From Macrostomum lignano (lineage: Eukaryota), in assembly GCA_002269645.1 (NCBI GenBank), contig NIVC01002748.1, positions 1-64,000 on the forward strand: a stretch of 64,000 bases of DNA, written 5' to 3'. The notes under the pieces were generated by a model. The model ran no database searches and was not told the DNA's origin. It saw only the letters and a program-made list of their open reading frames with translations. A program made the position numbers and the translations under genes. Below, piece after piece: positions 62,925 through 64,000 of this stretch (position 1 is its first letter; the number at the start of each line of letters is the position of its first letter).

Positions 62925-63360
62925 AACTAGCACCTGTAATTATATAGACCGTACCCCTAATTACCTGAGCCGCACCTCTAATTATCAGAGCCGCATCTGT
63001 AATTATCAGAGCCACACCTGTAACTACCTGAGCCGCACCTGTAATTATCTGAGCCACACCTGTAACTACCTGAGCCGCACCTGTAATTATCTGAGCCACA
63101 CCTGTAATTATCTAACACACATCTGTAATTGCCTGAGCCGCACCTGTAATTATCTGAGCCGCATCTGTAGTTATCTGAGCCACATCTGTAATTATCAGAG
63201 CCGCATCTGTACTTATCTGAGCCACACCTGGAATTATCTTAGCCATACCTGTAATTACCTGAGCCGCATCTGTAATTATCTGAGCCACACCTGTAATTAT
63301 CTGAGCCACACTTGTAATTATCTGAGTCGCAAATATAATTATCTAAGCCGCACCTGCAAT
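62925..63360. repeat. Degenerate 21-bp minisatellite (gagccgcacctgtaattatct)
   Basis: About 20 copies. Confidence 0.9.
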
Positions 63361-63825
63361 TGCATTAACTTCTGTGATTAACTTGAGCACAGACACTATT
63401 AAACATCCGACCACGAGAGAAGACAAATTATTAATAATTAAAGAACCACTGTTTTATTCAAATAATTTCACTATTTAAAACAAATAATCTGCATACACTT
63501 TTAATACGAAAACTAATCAGTACTACTATAAATAGATCTGTTGCGTGCAAGAAACCAATTAAATTTTATTCTGATTTGAGAAAAGTAATGAGTGGCTAAC
63601 CAACTCTCATATGCAGCCAGCTGTCTGGCTCACCATGACGGTGCAAATTGCAATGCGAAAATGTGCTACTGATATTAAAGCAGTAAGTAGCAAGCATTAT
63701 GTATTAAAGTCATAAAAATAGGATACAAACAAAACGCCAGAAAAATGCAAACAACGCGTTGCACAGAAAAAAACACAAACACCAGCTCGTGAGGAAACAT
63801 TGGGAAATAAGTAAAGCTGAGGTCA

Positions 63826-63926
63826 TCAAGAAGAGGAGAATTTGCACTTTTTGAGATCCTCCGTCAGCTTGTAGAACATCAGCTCCATGCAGGCTTGAGC
63901 GTCCTCGCTGGAATCGTGGCCAGCAT
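63826..63926 (-). CDS. REXO1: Terminal coding exon of an RNA exonuclease 1 (REXO1/Rex1, DEDDh) homolog; rest of gene lies beyond the window
   Basis: Acceptor ttatcattgcgctgcag| then (D)AGHDSSEDAQACMELMFYKLTEDLKKCKFSSS*. GHDSSEDA.ACM matches the ExoIII motif at the REXO1 C-terminus. Not in the ORF track. Confidence 0.72.
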
Positions 63927-64000
63927 CTGCAGCGCAATGATAAGGTCAGTTGCATTGTAACGGCTTTTTTGCACACAGTTAATCTAGCAACTAAGATTTA

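Overview
Repeat-rich eukaryotic (animal) genomic DNA with GT-AG introns, GC-rich exons and AT-rich or minisatellite-filled introns. The overall style suggests a flatworm such as Macrostomum, but that is an unverified inference. By manual translation and splicing I reconstruct seven genes or gene parts: (1) a TDRKH/PAPI-like piRNA-pathway gene (TM-KH-KH-extended Tudor; + strand, ~770-3149), frameshifted many times as assembled; (2) a 14-exon + strand gene (9262-27414, 1114 aa) with a protein 4.1/Coracle FERM domain, two tandem DDX1-type SPRY domains and a diverged 4.1-type C-terminus, an architecture I do not recognise and the top finding; (3) a 4-exon secreted PAN/Apple + fibrinogen-domain gene (30701-33492); (4) a minus-strand multi-exon gene of unknown function (34873-~41494); (5) a compact secreted peptide-precursor gene (45763-46086); (6) an intronless class A GPCR lacking the usual extracellular disulfide (51699-53126); (7) the last exon of a REXO1-like exonuclease (63826-63926). 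The window also holds a 3'-truncated Mag-like Ty3/gypsy element, a MITE family with nested hairpin ends, two tRNA-derived SINE families and over 30 mini/microsatellite arrays. Most long ORFs in the supplied track are artefacts of these arrays. There is no CRISPR array, rRNA or functional tRNA. All family assignments come from motif recognition by eye; no database search was run.
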